Source: Terriglobia bacterium (GTDB lineage Bacteria > Acidobacteriota > Terriglobia > JAIQFV01). From it: 64,000 nucleotides of DNA. The stretch lies in the NCBI GenBank assembly GCA_020072965.1, contig JAIQFY010000022.1, positions 10,891 through 74,890 of the forward strand, read 5' to 3'. Under the pieces are notes generated by a model. The model was not told where the DNA came from. It worked only from the letters and a program-made list of their open reading frames with translations, and ran no database searches. Positions 31,273 to 41,645 of the stretch are shown piece by piece (position 1 is the stretch's first letter; the number at the start of each line of letters is the position of its first letter). The position numbers and the translations under genes are program-made.

Positions 31273-31992
31273 TCAAATTCCCTGTGCCAACAGTTCGGCA
31301 AGATGCATAGGCACGACCCTGCTTTTCCGTCTCGAAAGTATTCCGGCAATCTGCATCAAACAGCTGGAATCGTTTGCCACGACGGCGTCCGCCCCGGTGC
31401 GCTCAATCGCCGCGGCCTTGTCTGTCCCCATGGCGGTTGATATTTCGGGGAATTTCACCGCGAAGGTGCCGCCAAAGCCACAACATGTTTGCATGTCGTC
31501 CATTTCTACAAACTCAAGGCCGTGAACATTTCGAATGAGCTGACGCGGTTGCTCTTCGATCTTTAACTCTCTCAGCAGGTGGCAGGAGTCATGATAAGTC
31601 ACCTTGCCTCTGAACTGTGCGCCGACGTCGACCACTCTCAATTCACGCACGAGAAAATCTGAAAATTCAAAAAGGCGTGGTCCCAGACGCTCGAGCGTCC
31701 GTTTTCCAGCCGGTGAAAGCTCCAGTTGGGGATAGAAGATCTTTACCATACTGACGCATGAGCCGGAAGGGGCCACCACAGTCTCGGCTGGCTCGAATAC
31801 CTTCAGGAATCGCTCTGCCAGTTCGGTGGCCTCACGGTGATAGCCGGAATTGAAGGCGGGCTGGCCGCAGCAGGTCTGATCCGTCAAATAGGCATACTCC
31901 ACTCCAAGCTTCTTCAACACGCGGCACATGGCGACAGCCACCCCGGGATAAAACTGATCAACCAGGCAGGGAACGAAGAGGTGAATTCTCAT
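31273..31992 (-). CDS. lutA: Lactate utilisation protein A (two CCG domains)
   Basis: PCLVD, QTCCGQP, SGSC, YHDSCH, CCGFGGTF, SCLM. Confidence 0.92.
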   Translation of the reverse strand: MRIHLFVPCLVDQFYPGVAVAMCRVLKKLGVEYAYLTDQTCCGQPAFNSGYHREATELAERFLKVFEPAETVVAPSGSCVSMVKIFYPQLELSPAGKRTLERLGPRLFEFSDFLVRELRVVDVGAQFRGKVTYHDSCHLLRELKIEEQPRQLIRNVHGLEFVEMDDMQTCCGFGGTFAVKFPEISTAMGTDKAAAIERTGADAVVANDSSCLMQIAGILSRRKSRVVPMHLAELLAQGI

Positions 31993-32063
31993 GAAGGGAA
32001 CTTGCTTTTAACTTGTTAAATCTGTTTGGAAAGGGTTCAACTCTTGATCGCAAGGCTGCTGGC

Positions 32064-32095
32064 GAAGTCGGAACTCAGAAGTCAGAAGTCGGAAA
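32064..32095 (+). repeat. Short heptamer array
   Basis: GAAGTCG-GAACTCA-GAAGTCA-GAAGTCG-GAAA. Confidence 0.6.
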
Positions 32096-32251
32096 AAAGC
32101 CGGAACCTTCATATCGTGCCTCCCTAATCGGCAAAACCTTTAACTCCTGCGCGTCCGGATCATGGGTGGATATTGGTTGGCCGGACGCTAAAGTTTGATA
32201 CTACCACATACGACCACATGCTGAAGATCTATAACCCTTGAAAGCCCGGCC

Positions 32252-33217
32252 TCACAAATCGGCCTGGCTGGTCGCAATCCCCCGACGCTCGATCCACTGC
32301 AATATCATCGGCCAGACCTCTCTTTCTGCATCAGCACTGATGATGATGGAGGTGTGATCATAGTCGGCCCGGTTTGAATAACGCCGGCCCAAAACACAAA
32401 AGGTCTTGTCGGATGAACCCACTCCGTTGAAGATTCTCTCGCATCCCTCCGGATTGGCCATGTCGTCACTGACCCCCACGAGGCAGAGCAACGGGACAGA
32501 GATATTCCTGAGGGCTGATTGGTAATCGAAGTCGTTATTGATCCATTTCTGTTTCCAGTTCCACCAGAACCATTCCAACATGACCCGGCCAAACTCATCT
32601 TCCGGTCCGAGACGGAGCCGCCGTGCCGGAAAATAACCGAGCAGCGAGACGACCACCGGAATCGAAATCAACCGACAACGCTGTCGCCAGGTCTTGTTTT
32701 GTTCGGTGGTTTGGGTACCCAAGGTCACAACTCCAGCGAGCAGAGAATTGGCTTCGTGATACTTTCCAAGAAACGCGTAAATGAGAATCCCGCCGTGGCT
32801 GTGCCCGACCCAGAAAAGTTTTTTCGCCCCGGTCAGCTCCCGGATCGTCTCAATCGCCACTCGCACATCCACGTCCACCAGATCATCAAACCCCGTTTTC
32901 GAGCGACGGGGATCGCCGACGGAGGCTCTGCCGTGCCCGCGCACTTCAAGCAGCCACACATCCAGGCCGAATCGGGCCAGCCATGCGGCCATGCCTTTTC
33001 CCTTGGCGCTCAGCCAGATATTCCGGTTGACAAAAACTCCATGCGCAAGGACCACGGGGGGCAAGTGACGGAGTGGCGTGTCCTTACGCCGCACATGGGA
33101 AAGCGCGATGGCGCTGGTCGACGACAGGTAAACCTTGTGGACTTCGATCCGCAGATCCCCGATCGACTCTTGATCGACCTCCGTCTTCAGTGAGCGTGTT
33201 CCCACGCTGGCGTACAC
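32252..33217 (-). CDS. Alpha/beta-fold hydrolase
   Basis: VVLAHG, RGHGRA, nucleophile elbow GHSHGG, catalytic D (SDDMA) and H (YDH). Confidence 0.85.
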   Translation of the reverse strand: MYASVGTRSLKTEVDQESIGDLRIEVHKVYLSSTSAIALSHVRRKDTPLRHLPPVVLAHGVFVNRNIWLSAKGKGMAAWLARFGLDVWLLEVRGHGRASVGDPRRSKTGFDDLVDVDVRVAIETIRELTGAKKLFWVGHSHGGILIYAFLGKYHEANSLLAGVVTLGTQTTEQNKTWRQRCRLISIPVVVSLLGYFPARRLRLGPEDEFGRVMLEWFWWNWKQKWINNDFDYQSALRNISVPLLCLVGVSDDMANPEGCERIFNGVGSSDKTFCVLGRRYSNRADYDHTSIIISADAEREVWPMILQWIERRGIATSQADL

Positions 33218-33384
33218 CCTTTCAGCGCGACATTTGATACATCGCCGTAATGGTCACCCTAGTGCGAATCCTTGTAAGACCCCACGCTCTCTCCGCTTGT
33301 AAAATTCGCGGGGCATGCCCTCTCCATTTCGTCCTTGGTTAGTTCAAGAGGATTGCTTCGCGGGTTGGCACCGAACCCGCACCC

Positions 33385-33909
33385 CTATTTTGGTTCAGGC
33401 AATGATGAGGACGTGTGATCATGAACGATCTTCCACACGGGAGTCACGCCTCCTTGAGAGTTAGGAAATTTCTGAAGGATTAGAGTGAATATTCCCTGGG
33501 GCTCATCCCCGGCACGCTTCAATCGCCATTTGCCCAGAACCCACGCGGCAACCGGCGTGTCTCCCTGACCCCGAGAATTGGGGAGGAGATGAACCTCTAA
33601 ATCACTGAATGAGAGTTCACCCATTCGTGCATGATCGGGATAGGTTGCCTTGTACTGGTTGAGCGTCTCCTGCCAGCCCCGCCGTAGCTTCCCACCGCTA
33701 GTAAAAAGGAGCTCCTGAGAATTCCAGTAACCCTTCATAAATCCTTCGATATCTCCCTGATTCCATGCAGCCACTTGAGTATCAAGTACATGCCGAATCT
33801 CGTCCTGAGGAGAACGGCCAGGGGGAGCAGGCGCGCCCGCCAGAAACCCATTAACTTGACTCAAAACGGCAACGCTGAACAGAAAGCCTATTGAAAGAAA
33901 TCGTCGCAT
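33385..33909 (-). CDS. Secreted NTF2-like / DUF4440 family protein
   Basis: Signal peptide; QVAAWNQGDIEGFMKGYW, MGELSF, FTLI, WKIVHDHTS. Confidence 0.85.
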   Translation of the reverse strand: MRRFLSIGFLFSVAVLSQVNGFLAGAPAPPGRSPQDEIRHVLDTQVAAWNQGDIEGFMKGYWNSQELLFTSGGKLRRGWQETLNQYKATYPDHARMGELSFSDLEVHLLPNSRGQGDTPVAAWVLGKWRLKRAGDEPQGIFTLILQKFPNSQGGVTPVWKIVHDHTSSSLPEPK

Positions 33910-33913
33910 GAGC

Positions 33914-34519
33914 TCACTCCACTTTCTCGGGAGCCGGGTCCGCTTGGTCCTCTCCTACCCACCCCTGGTGAACTTTTGCGGGGGCGCTGGGCTCCGGTTC
34001 CACGCCTAATGCATCGGCGAGCCGCGTGTAGTAACTGAAGAACCCAGCGACCTGGACCACGTTCAAGATGTCTTCATCACTCAACCCCTTGGCGCGCAGT
34101 TCCTCAATCGTCAACCGATTAATGGAATGGACCTCTCTGGTCACTTGAACTGCAAAGTCCAACATCGAGCGGACGCGATCTTCCAGCAAGAGCATTCGGT
34201 AATCTATTTTGATGAGCCTGACCAGGCGGTCATCGTGGGTGAGTTGACGCAGATACTCCCCGTGTGCTTCGGTCCAATAAACACAACCCGCCGTTTTAGA
34301 AACCACCACCGCAATCATCTCGCGCTCGACCCGTGAAAGGCTCGACGAACCCAACATAACCGTTTTGTATAAATTGAGGGAGGCGTGCAGGACCCTGGGA
34401 TTCAAACTCTGTGCCGACACGATGTTGAAAACCCGGCCCGCCCGCCCGATGGCGGCCTCGAATTCCTTTTTCAATCTTCCCGTCGCCCGTTCCAAAGACA
34501 CTGTCTTGATCCAAGTCAT
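33914..34519 (-). CDS. AhpD/carboxymuconolactone decarboxylase family peroxidase-related protein
   Basis: LSRVEREMIAVVVS...CVYWTEAHG, DEDILNVVQVAGFFSYYTRLADALG. Confidence 0.85.
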   Translation of the reverse strand: MTWIKTVSLERATGRLKKEFEAAIGRAGRVFNIVSAQSLNPRVLHASLNLYKTVMLGSSSLSRVEREMIAVVVSKTAGCVYWTEAHGEYLRQLTHDDRLVRLIKIDYRMLLLEDRVRSMLDFAVQVTREVHSINRLTIEELRAKGLSDEDILNVVQVAGFFSYYTRLADALGVEPEPSAPAKVHQGWVGEDQADPAPEKVE

Positions 34520-34698
34520 GGAATTCAATATCCCTTCCGAAGTCACTAGCATTTACAATCCGGCCGGCAGGAAAGATCACGGAAGCCCGGTGGTCTGTGG
34601 CTTGGTGTGGCGCTTCACGGGCTTAATCGGCTTTCAAACTGCGCGACGTTGTGAATCCATGAATCGACTTGAAATCTGATCACCGCGCTCACGACTGC

Positions 34699-35373
34699 TC
34701 ACTTGATCTCAATATCGATCAGCTCGATGACCCGCCTTCCCGTGTTGCTAATCGAATGGGTCACGGTCCTTTCACGCCACACGAAGGACCCCGCTCTGAG
34801 GCTCCGGCCCTCCATCCCCTGGCCCTCCATCCGATCCAGGAGAGTTCCTCCCCTGATAACGATAACGACGTCCGGGCGCTTGTGGGAATGTTGTCCGGTC
34901 GATTCGCCAGGCCGCAGGATCGTTCGGGTCACCCGGATCCTGTCGTTTTCAAGAGTGATCTCCTGGTGCGGGCCGAGAGGCGGCTCCGGGGTATTTGATC
35001 CTCCACCCGTGGGTGGACGCAGCAATTCGATGGTTACATTGTGAAAGGGCTTTCCACCCAAGTTGCGAACCCGGTGAGTAACCGGTCCTGCCTTAAAGCG
35101 TACTTCGCCTCTCTTCAAAATCAAATCCTCTTCTTTTTGGCCTAATACTTGGGATTTGAGGGTGGAGTCTCCAAAGGCGGCAAATACATAATCCTCCGGG
35201 TGGATATGAAACAGTGTCGCCTTCCACGGGGGGACTTTGACATCGAAAATCTTAACAACAGAATTTTCCACGCTGAGATGGTGGAACGGCTCACGCGTGA
35301 CGGGCACCGGCGTTTGGGCGTGGGCACTGAAGCCAATCAGAAAGAAGCTAAATAGACCCGCCAGGTACTTCAT
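34699..35373 (-). CDS. Secreted tandem cupin-fold protein
   Basis: Signal peptide; two repeats with HxH (FHIH, HSH) and H..N (THRVRN, THSISN). Confidence 0.7.
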   Translation of the reverse strand: MKYLAGLFSFFLIGFSAHAQTPVPVTREPFHHLSVENSVVKIFDVKVPPWKATLFHIHPEDYVFAAFGDSTLKSQVLGQKEEDLILKRGEVRFKAGPVTHRVRNLGGKPFHNVTIELLRPPTGGGSNTPEPPLGPHQEITLENDRIRVTRTILRPGESTGQHSHKRPDVVIVIRGGTLLDRMEGQGMEGRSLRAGSFVWRERTVTHSISNTGRRVIELIDIEIK

Positions 35374-35456
35374 ATATCCCTCGGACCTTCCATCGTGAAG
35401 GAGATTTCATTGCTCCGGCCCGAATCCCCGGATGACGTTGCGTCCAGTCAATTCTG

Positions 35457-36152
35457 TTATCCGGAATATGATCGTCGTCGGCGTGCCCCCTTGGCTCTGG
35501 CAATGAGAAGCATTCCAGCGATGAATCCGCCGATGTGTGCAAACCATGCCACTCCGCCGCCCGCTTGAGGGGTCATCGCAAACGATGAGAATCCACTGAG
35601 AAATTGCTCCACAAACCAGAACCCGAGCAGAATCACCGCGGGAAGCTCAATGACGGGCCAAAAAATTAGAAGGGGAATCAGGGTTAACACACGAGCTCCA
35701 GGGAAGAGCAGAAGATAAGCGCCGAGCACTCCGGCAATAGCGCCGCTCGCCCCAATGGAGGGCACCATCGAGGACCAGTTAAAGAGAACGTGTACAAGGT
35801 TTCCCAGCAAACCACAGATCAGATAAAAACCCAGGTAAGGGATATGCCCGAGATAGTCCTCGACATTGTCTCCAAAAATCCACAGGTACCACATGTTTCC
35901 GATGAGATGAAGCCAGCCTCCGTGAAGAAACATCGAGGTGAGAAGGGTGACCAGGTTCGGGAGCGCTGCAGGATCCAGTGAAAAAACGGATTCAACCCAG
36001 CGGAACGGGACTATCCCGTAAACTTGAATGAAGGCATTAAGGTGTCGGCCGAGCAACAACTCCTGGAAGAATACCACTGTGTTGACGAGGATGAGCGCCA
36101 CCGTGACGTAAGGAACGGTTCGCGAAGGGATGTTGTCGCGAAAGGGAATCAT
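35457..36152 (-). CDS. Rhomboid intramembrane serine protease
   Basis: FLHGGWLHLIGNM, GASG, AHIGG. Confidence 0.93.
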   Translation of the reverse strand: MIPFRDNIPSRTVPYVTVALILVNTVVFFQELLLGRHLNAFIQVYGIVPFRWVESVFSLDPAALPNLVTLLTSMFLHGGWLHLIGNMWYLWIFGDNVEDYLGHIPYLGFYLICGLLGNLVHVLFNWSSMVPSIGASGAIAGVLGAYLLLFPGARVLTLIPLLIFWPVIELPAVILLGFWFVEQFLSGFSSFAMTPQAGGGVAWFAHIGGFIAGMLLIARAKGARRRRSYSG

Positions 36153-36240
36153 GGGGTCCTGCTCTCCAGCGCGATTCTAAACGTTTCCAGTATAAGATTC
36201 AAAAAAGTATTGCCTCCGTGGGTCGGCACAGGATACATCT

Positions 36241-37731
36241 CTAAGGTGCGAGACCCGACAAGAGCCGTGCGGGGGTATAGGGAATCCCTCCCTTGAAGAC
36301 GGTGCGTATCCTTCGAGCATTCTTCAGGTCTTCGAGTGGATTTCCTTCAATAAGCAAAAAATCCGCCCGGGAGCCGATTTCAATGGAACCGAAATCCTCT
36401 TCATGACCCAAAGCACGGCTGGCATTGACGGTTGCGGCTTTCAAGGCCTCAAGGGGAGGGATCCCGGCTTCGACGAATGTTTCGATTTCCTGATGAAGCC
36501 CAAATCCGGGCGCGACGAACTGATTCGGGGTGTCAGTGCCAGCGATCAGCATTCCGCCCGCCTCATAGAATGCTTTGACAAATTGTTTCTGGAGCGGCCA
36601 GGCCGACTTATAAATATCGGGATCGCCGAGGTCCATGGTGAAGTGCTGCCATCCCTTCATAATGGCCGCAGGGGCGTGTGAGTATTTCACGGCCTCTTGC
36701 TTTTCCTCAGTGTCCTCTCCCCACGTTGCGAAAATTTTCTGGAACCAAAGCGTGGGGGAGAGGGCAACCCGATTTGCCACCATGCGACGAATCAGGGCAG
36801 ATAGCTTTTCAGGGACCACCTGACCCCACGCTGCATTGGTCGTTTGCCAGCCCTGAGCAAACCCCAATGCCTGTTGAACGCGGGCGGTCTCAGGATCGGG
36901 GAGTGCGGCATCGGCAATCCCCGAAAGATGGGTAATGATGTTGATGCCGAGAGTAGTGGCTTCAAGAGCGTTAGTGCGTCCGAGATGCCCCATGACTCGC
37001 ATCCCTCTTCGATGTGCCCCTTCGATGGCAATTTGAGAAAGGTCGGGAGGCAGTTGCGCATAAATCTTGGCAAATTTGGCCCCGGCCATGGCCCGTGCCC
37101 GAATGGCTTGTTTGACCTGATTGGCGGTGGTCACGACCGTCATGTGAGGCCAAGCCGCCGGAGGGGAAGTGATAAGTGAGCCGCAGACTTCCATTCGGGG
37201 TCCCAAAAAGTTGCGGGACAATGATTGCCGCCTGATGCGAAAAATCTTTTCAGAGGGGTTTCCGGCCTCGAGTAGCGCGGTCACCCCGTTCGCCAGGAGA
37301 ATTTTCATCATAGCAGCTTCATCGTTGTTCCACTCCAGGTGAACGTGCGTGTCAATCAATCCGGGAATGGCGAACAGCCCCCTGCCGTCAACCGTGCCTC
37401 CTGAGTCCGCGTCTTCCCCGCCCGCTTGCCCGATCTGAGTTTTAAGATCCCTGAGCTCCTCCTGGGTTGAAGGTCGCACATCGGCGATCCGCTCTCCACG
37501 AACCACAATGGTCATGCCCGGTCTGATTGCTGTGGCCGGATTGGGAGCATAAACGTTGATGACCGTAACACCCACGATCAAAAGATTCTGCGCGGGTGCC
37601 TTTCGAAAAGGAAACGAGCCTGGGGAGCTCGCCCTGGGATAGAGGAGTTGGAGGGAGAACCAGACCGCGACAGCAATCATGGCTGCACGAGAAAGGACCT
37701 TTAATCCCACAGCATTGGGGCGGAAGCTCAT
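36241..37731 (-). CDS. Metal-dependent amidohydrolase family protein
   Basis: PGLIDTHVH, AGTD, GSIEIGSRADF; N-terminal hydrophobic anchor. Confidence 0.88.
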   Translation of the reverse strand: MSFRPNAVGLKVLSRAAMIAVAVWFSLQLLYPRASSPGSFPFRKAPAQNLLIVGVTVINVYAPNPATAIRPGMTIVVRGERIADVRPSTQEELRDLKTQIGQAGGEDADSGGTVDGRGLFAIPGLIDTHVHLEWNNDEAAMMKILLANGVTALLEAGNPSEKIFRIRRQSLSRNFLGPRMEVCGSLITSPPAAWPHMTVVTTANQVKQAIRARAMAGAKFAKIYAQLPPDLSQIAIEGAHRRGMRVMGHLGRTNALEATTLGINIITHLSGIADAALPDPETARVQQALGFAQGWQTTNAAWGQVVPEKLSALIRRMVANRVALSPTLWFQKIFATWGEDTEEKQEAVKYSHAPAAIMKGWQHFTMDLGDPDIYKSAWPLQKQFVKAFYEAGGMLIAGTDTPNQFVAPGFGLHQEIETFVEAGIPPLEALKAATVNASRALGHEEDFGSIEIGSRADFLLIEGNPLEDLKNARRIRTVFKGGIPYTPARLLSGLAP

Positions 37732-37860
37732 CTGATGAAGTGACGTGTGCTTTTCGGAGAGACCCTGTGGTCTGGAGAGGCCTGAAAGCGCCCACCCGTC
37801 GGCAGGGGATCAAATCCCCCCTCCTCTATTTCAGGGACGGGTTCGAGAGGGAGCATTGAA

Positions 37861-38391
37861 CTAACCTGAGGAGAGCTCATGGGGTCCCTCTTCCGGTGGT
37901 GGAATTGTGCGCTCATCCTCCACATGAGCATTGTCGTTGCCATCCCCCGGCTGGCGGGGACGATTGATGGTTCCGCGACAAGAGGTCGCCCCGCAGCAAC
38001 AAGGGATAGCGGTCGCCTCGTCATCGGCGGCGTCAAACCAATAGTCGTAAGACAATTCCTCTCCGGGAGTGATCGGTCGCCGCGCGACCACCCAGATGTC
38101 ATCCCCCTCGAATTCAATGAGGCAATTGGGATCGCAACCGTGGTTGATGTAGACCGCGACGTTTCCGTTGACGCCACCGTCAATGGCATGGCCATTCTCC
38201 AGGTCGAAGAGGTACGTTACTCCCAAATCGCTGTAAAGCTCCTCCCGCCGGTCACTCTCTTCAGCCGAGATTTTTTCTCCCAGGTACTGAATGATTCTTT
38301 GACCGGACCGAATCTCAGCGGTCGCAAAGACACCTTGTTGGTGGATGGGGGACTGTCTCATCTCAATGATGTCTTCAGGCCGATCTTCCAA
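37861..38391 (-). CDS. SET-domain protein-lysine methyltransferase with post-SET
   Basis: GVFA, YINHGCDPN, GEELSYDY, CCCGATSCRG. Confidence 0.9.
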   Translation of the reverse strand: MEDRPEDIIEMRQSPIHQQGVFATAEIRSGQRIIQYLGEKISAEESDRREELYSDLGVTYLFDLENGHAIDGGVNGNVAVYINHGCDPNCLIEFEGDDIWVVARRPITPGEELSYDYWFDAADDEATAIPCCCGATSCRGTINRPRQPGDGNDNAHVEDERTIPPPEEGPHELSSG

Positions 38392-38482
38392 TGAATAATG
38401 TCCTTCGTCTTTAAGTTACAACCTTATTGTTTCATCCTTCGTGATACCAGACACCGCAAAGGTTGAATGAATCGGAGACTGC

Positions 38483-38938
38483 TCATCCGAGCGCCTGGAG
38501 GACCGCTTCTGCATGACCCTTGACTTTCACCTTCGGAAAAATCCTCCTGATCCTCCCGTCCTTGCCGATGATGACCGTGGTGCGTTCAATCCCCATGAAT
38601 TTCCTGCCGTAGAGGCTCTTTTCCTTCCAGACTCCATAGGCCTTGAGAATCTGTTTGCCTTCATCACACAACAGCGGGAATGACACGCCACACTTGGCTG
38701 CGAAATTCGATTGGGACTTGAGGCTGTCGGCGCTCATCCCCAGCACTACGGCGCCCTTCTTCTGAATCAGCTTGTGCTGGTCTCGAAAATCGCATGTCTC
38801 CATTGTGCATCCAGGGGTATTGGCCTTGGGGAAGAAGTACAGGAGAACGTCTTTCCCTTTAAAGTTCTTCAGGCTGACCGCTTGACCGGAGCTGTCGAAG
38901 ACTGTGAAGTCAGGGGCTTTGTCGCCTTCCTTAAGCAT
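38483..38938 (-). CDS. bcp: Peroxiredoxin BCP
   Basis: LYFFPKANTPGCTMETC, KSLYGRKFMGIERTT. Confidence 0.92.
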   Translation of the reverse strand: MLKEGDKAPDFTVFDSSGQAVSLKNFKGKDVLLYFFPKANTPGCTMETCDFRDQHKLIQKKGAVVLGMSADSLKSQSNFAAKCGVSFPLLCDEGKQILKAYGVWKEKSLYGRKFMGIERTTVIIGKDGRIRRIFPKVKVKGHAEAVLQALG

Positions 38939-39103
38939 AAAGATTCACCTCAAAATCGGTTTGGACATTATCACGATCGTTGTGGGACGGGCTCTATTTT
39001 ATGTGGACTGGCTTCTTTGTCAACGGTCAGTAGAGGATTTGTTTTTGATGGGCTCCTTCAAGGAGGGTAGAATCACAAAGGGGTGGAGGAGGAAAACCCA
39101 GCC

Positions 39104-40621
39104 ATGATCAAAAAACGGTGGATTCTTCTGGCGATGGTTGTTGTCGTTGTGGGGGCCGTCCTGGCCGTGCCATTCCTGATCAATGTGAATGTCTACCGGG
39201 GTGTGATCGAGGGCCAGTTGAATAAGGCAATCAATCGCAAAGTCACCCTGAACGACTTACGGTTATCCCTCTTCCCGGTTGCCCTTGAGAGCAAGGACGT
39301 TCATATCCGTGATGACCCCTCCTTCCGGAAAGATGATTTTGTCACGATTGAAAGCTTCCGACTGCACCTCGAGTTCCGGTCACTTCTGCGACGCCAGATT
39401 CGGGTCACTTCCCTCGAAATGATCGCGCCGGTGGTTTGGCTGGCAAGAAATTCCCATGGGGAATGGAATTTCTCGACGTTGGGGAAAGCGGAGGTCACCC
39501 CTCAATCCCCAATGGCGGCGAGCGTGGGAACTGGATTGACCCCGGTCGATGTCAATTCCTTCAACATCTCGAATTTATCCCTGAAAAACGGAAGAGTGGC
39601 AATCCTCGATCAGGCCCGATCCGAGGAGGCCGGAAGTTATGATGTGCTTGAATTGACGGCGCGGGACATTTCAGCCCGGTCCGCGTTTCCATTCTCATTG
39701 ACTGTGAGTGACACGAAGGGAAAAGAGCCCGTCCATCTCGAGGGGGAGGCAGGTCCGCTCAACCTCAACAACATGGCGAATTCTCCCGCCAAAGGCACCA
39801 TTGAGGCAAAGACACTTCACGCTGGAAAGATCGAAACTGAGAGGATGAGGGGACAATTCAACCTTTCGCAAGGGATTTTGAAACTCGACCCCCTGGATTT
39901 TGATATGTACTCCGGCCATGAAAGTGGGGCAATGACCGTCAACCTTCTCCAGGCCCGGCATTCGGTCGAGCTCAACAGCCATCTGAACAAGATCGATATC
40001 AACCAGTTTCTCTCAAGCATTAGTTCGTCCAAGAATATGTTCTTTGGCTTGCTCAACGGCGATCTCACCTTGCGAATGAGCGTTGAGAATGGAGCGCAAG
40101 CGCTGCGTGCGCTGGTCGGAAAAGCCGGGTTGGAACTGCAAGATGGGAGACTGGCGCATGTCAGCCTTGGGCAGCAGGTCGCTCTTCTGGCGAAACTGGC
40201 CGATGTTAACTTTCCGGAGGGAGAAACTCCGATCACCAAAATGACCGGTCATTTCGAGATTGCGGACAACTGGGCCCAAACCAACGACCTTCAGATTGAG
40301 ATCCCCGACCTCAGTCTGTGGTGCCGGGGGGGATTCAATTTTGAAAGCGAGATGAAGTTCGACGTTCTGGCGACCTTCTCACCGCGGGCCAGTCAAAAAA
40401 TACAGTCTCAGAATCCTATTGGCGGCCTGTTGTCCGCTCTTCTACTGAACCAAAACAATCAGGCTATGGTCCCATTTCAGGTGACTGGCATGTTTCAACA
40501 TCCGCACTTTAAACTGGATACCCAGCGACTCCTGTCGATGAAGACCGGCAAGACAAGTGGTCCGTCCAACATCGAGAATACCATCCAATCCATTCAAGAT
40601 CTGTTCAAGAAGAAGAAATAG
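39104..40621 (+). CDS. AsmA family protein
   Basis: N-terminal anchor, LARNSHGEWNFSTL, beta-rich body, C-terminal VPFQVTGMFQHP. Confidence 0.8.
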   Translation: MIKKRWILLAMVVVVVGAVLAVPFLINVNVYRGVIEGQLNKAINRKVTLNDLRLSLFPVALESKDVHIRDDPSFRKDDFVTIESFRLHLEFRSLLRRQIRVTSLEMIAPVVWLARNSHGEWNFSTLGKAEVTPQSPMAASVGTGLTPVDVNSFNISNLSLKNGRVAILDQARSEEAGSYDVLELTARDISARSAFPFSLTVSDTKGKEPVHLEGEAGPLNLNNMANSPAKGTIEAKTLHAGKIETERMRGQFNLSQGILKLDPLDFDMYSGHESGAMTVNLLQARHSVELNSHLNKIDINQFLSSISSSKNMFFGLLNGDLTLRMSVENGAQALRALVGKAGLELQDGRLAHVSLGQQVALLAKLADVNFPEGETPITKMTGHFEIADNWAQTNDLQIEIPDLSLWCRGGFNFESEMKFDVLATFSPRASQKIQSQNPIGGLLSALLLNQNNQAMVPFQVTGMFQHPHFKLDTQRLLSMKTGKTSGPSNIENTIQSIQDLFKKKK

Positions 40622-40736
40622 AAAGGCCACTGTTGGACCCGACTTCCCAATTGGGTCCGACTTCCGAGTTGGACGTTTCCGGGGTCTTCCCAAGATGGAT
40701 TCTTAGGCTCGCGGAACCGGGACGATCTCATGGCCT

Positions 40737-41645
40737 TCAAATGCGTCGCTGGCACAGCGGGCAATAATGCGTACTGCGGCTGGAAACCACGGTATGTTTG
40801 ATGAGACCGGAACAACCCCGCCGGAGGCATTTTTCTCCCGTACGACCGTAAACCCGATGTTCCAGCTGAAACTCCCCCAAAACATTGGTGGCTCCCACAA
40901 AATCGGAAATTGAAGATCCCCCGAGGTCGATCGCATTATTCAGGATCTTGACGAGCAGAGTGAAATACTTGAGCAACCGCTGCTTCGAAAGGCGCTGTAT
41001 TCTCTGCTTGGGATGAATACGTGCGGCGAACAAGCTTTCGTCGGCATAGATGTTGCCGACCCCCACCAGTAAGTGTTGGTTCAACAGGGCGGCTTTGATC
41101 ATCCCCCGGCGTTTCCAGAAAATTGAAAGGAACTCCCCGGCGGAAATCTTCAAGGGGTCGGAGGCGGGGAGGGTGAACGGCTGACGATTCAGCTTGTTGA
41201 GCGCGTAAGCCTCAGGGGCTGCTTTTTTCTGGTGGCGGAGACTTAGTGTTTTCTGGGATCGAAAGATGGGCCGCCAATCCTTGACAAACAGCATCTTGCC
41301 AAACTGCCGGGAATCACGAAAGCACAATCGCATTCCGGGAGAATCAAGGCAAAAAATCGCATGGGTGTGACGATCGGTATGATCTCCGAGGAGCAGTTGT
41401 CCCGTCATCCCCAGGCGGATGACCAGGAACCGCTCTGCTTCCTCGAGAGTCTTCACCTGAATGATCACCGACTTCCCGTGACGGAAGATGTCGATGATCC
41501 GGGACTCAAGATAGTGCTCAACCGGTTCCTCAAATTGAGGCCGGAAGTACCGGGCGCGCGGGAAATCGATCGAAAGAATCCTGGAGTTTAAGATATGAGC
41601 GCGCAAACCGCGCACAATGGTTTCAGCCTCGGGTAGTTCCGGCAT
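40737..41645 (-). CDS. mutM: Formamidopyrimidine-DNA glycosylase
   Basis: MPELPE, RLGMTG, GVGNIYADE, C-terminal zinc finger ending YCPLCQ. Confidence 0.93.
   Translation of the reverse strand: MPELPEAETIVRGLRAHILNSRILSIDFPRARYFRPQFEEPVEHYLESRIIDIFRHGKSVIIQVKTLEEAERFLVIRLGMTGQLLLGDHTDRHTHAIFCLDSPGMRLCFRDSRQFGKMLFVKDWRPIFRSQKTLSLRHQKKAAPEAYALNKLNRQPFTLPASDPLKISAGEFLSIFWKRRGMIKAALLNQHLLVGVGNIYADESLFAARIHPKQRIQRLSKQRLLKYFTLLVKILNNAIDLGGSSISDFVGATNVLGEFQLEHRVYGRTGEKCLRRGCSGLIKHTVVSSRSTHYCPLCQRRI

Noticed and set aside
40632-40675. Two ~18-bp direct repeats after the asmA stop
   Set aside because: Only two adjacent degenerate units with no spacers; probably terminator-region or heptamer-related sequence.
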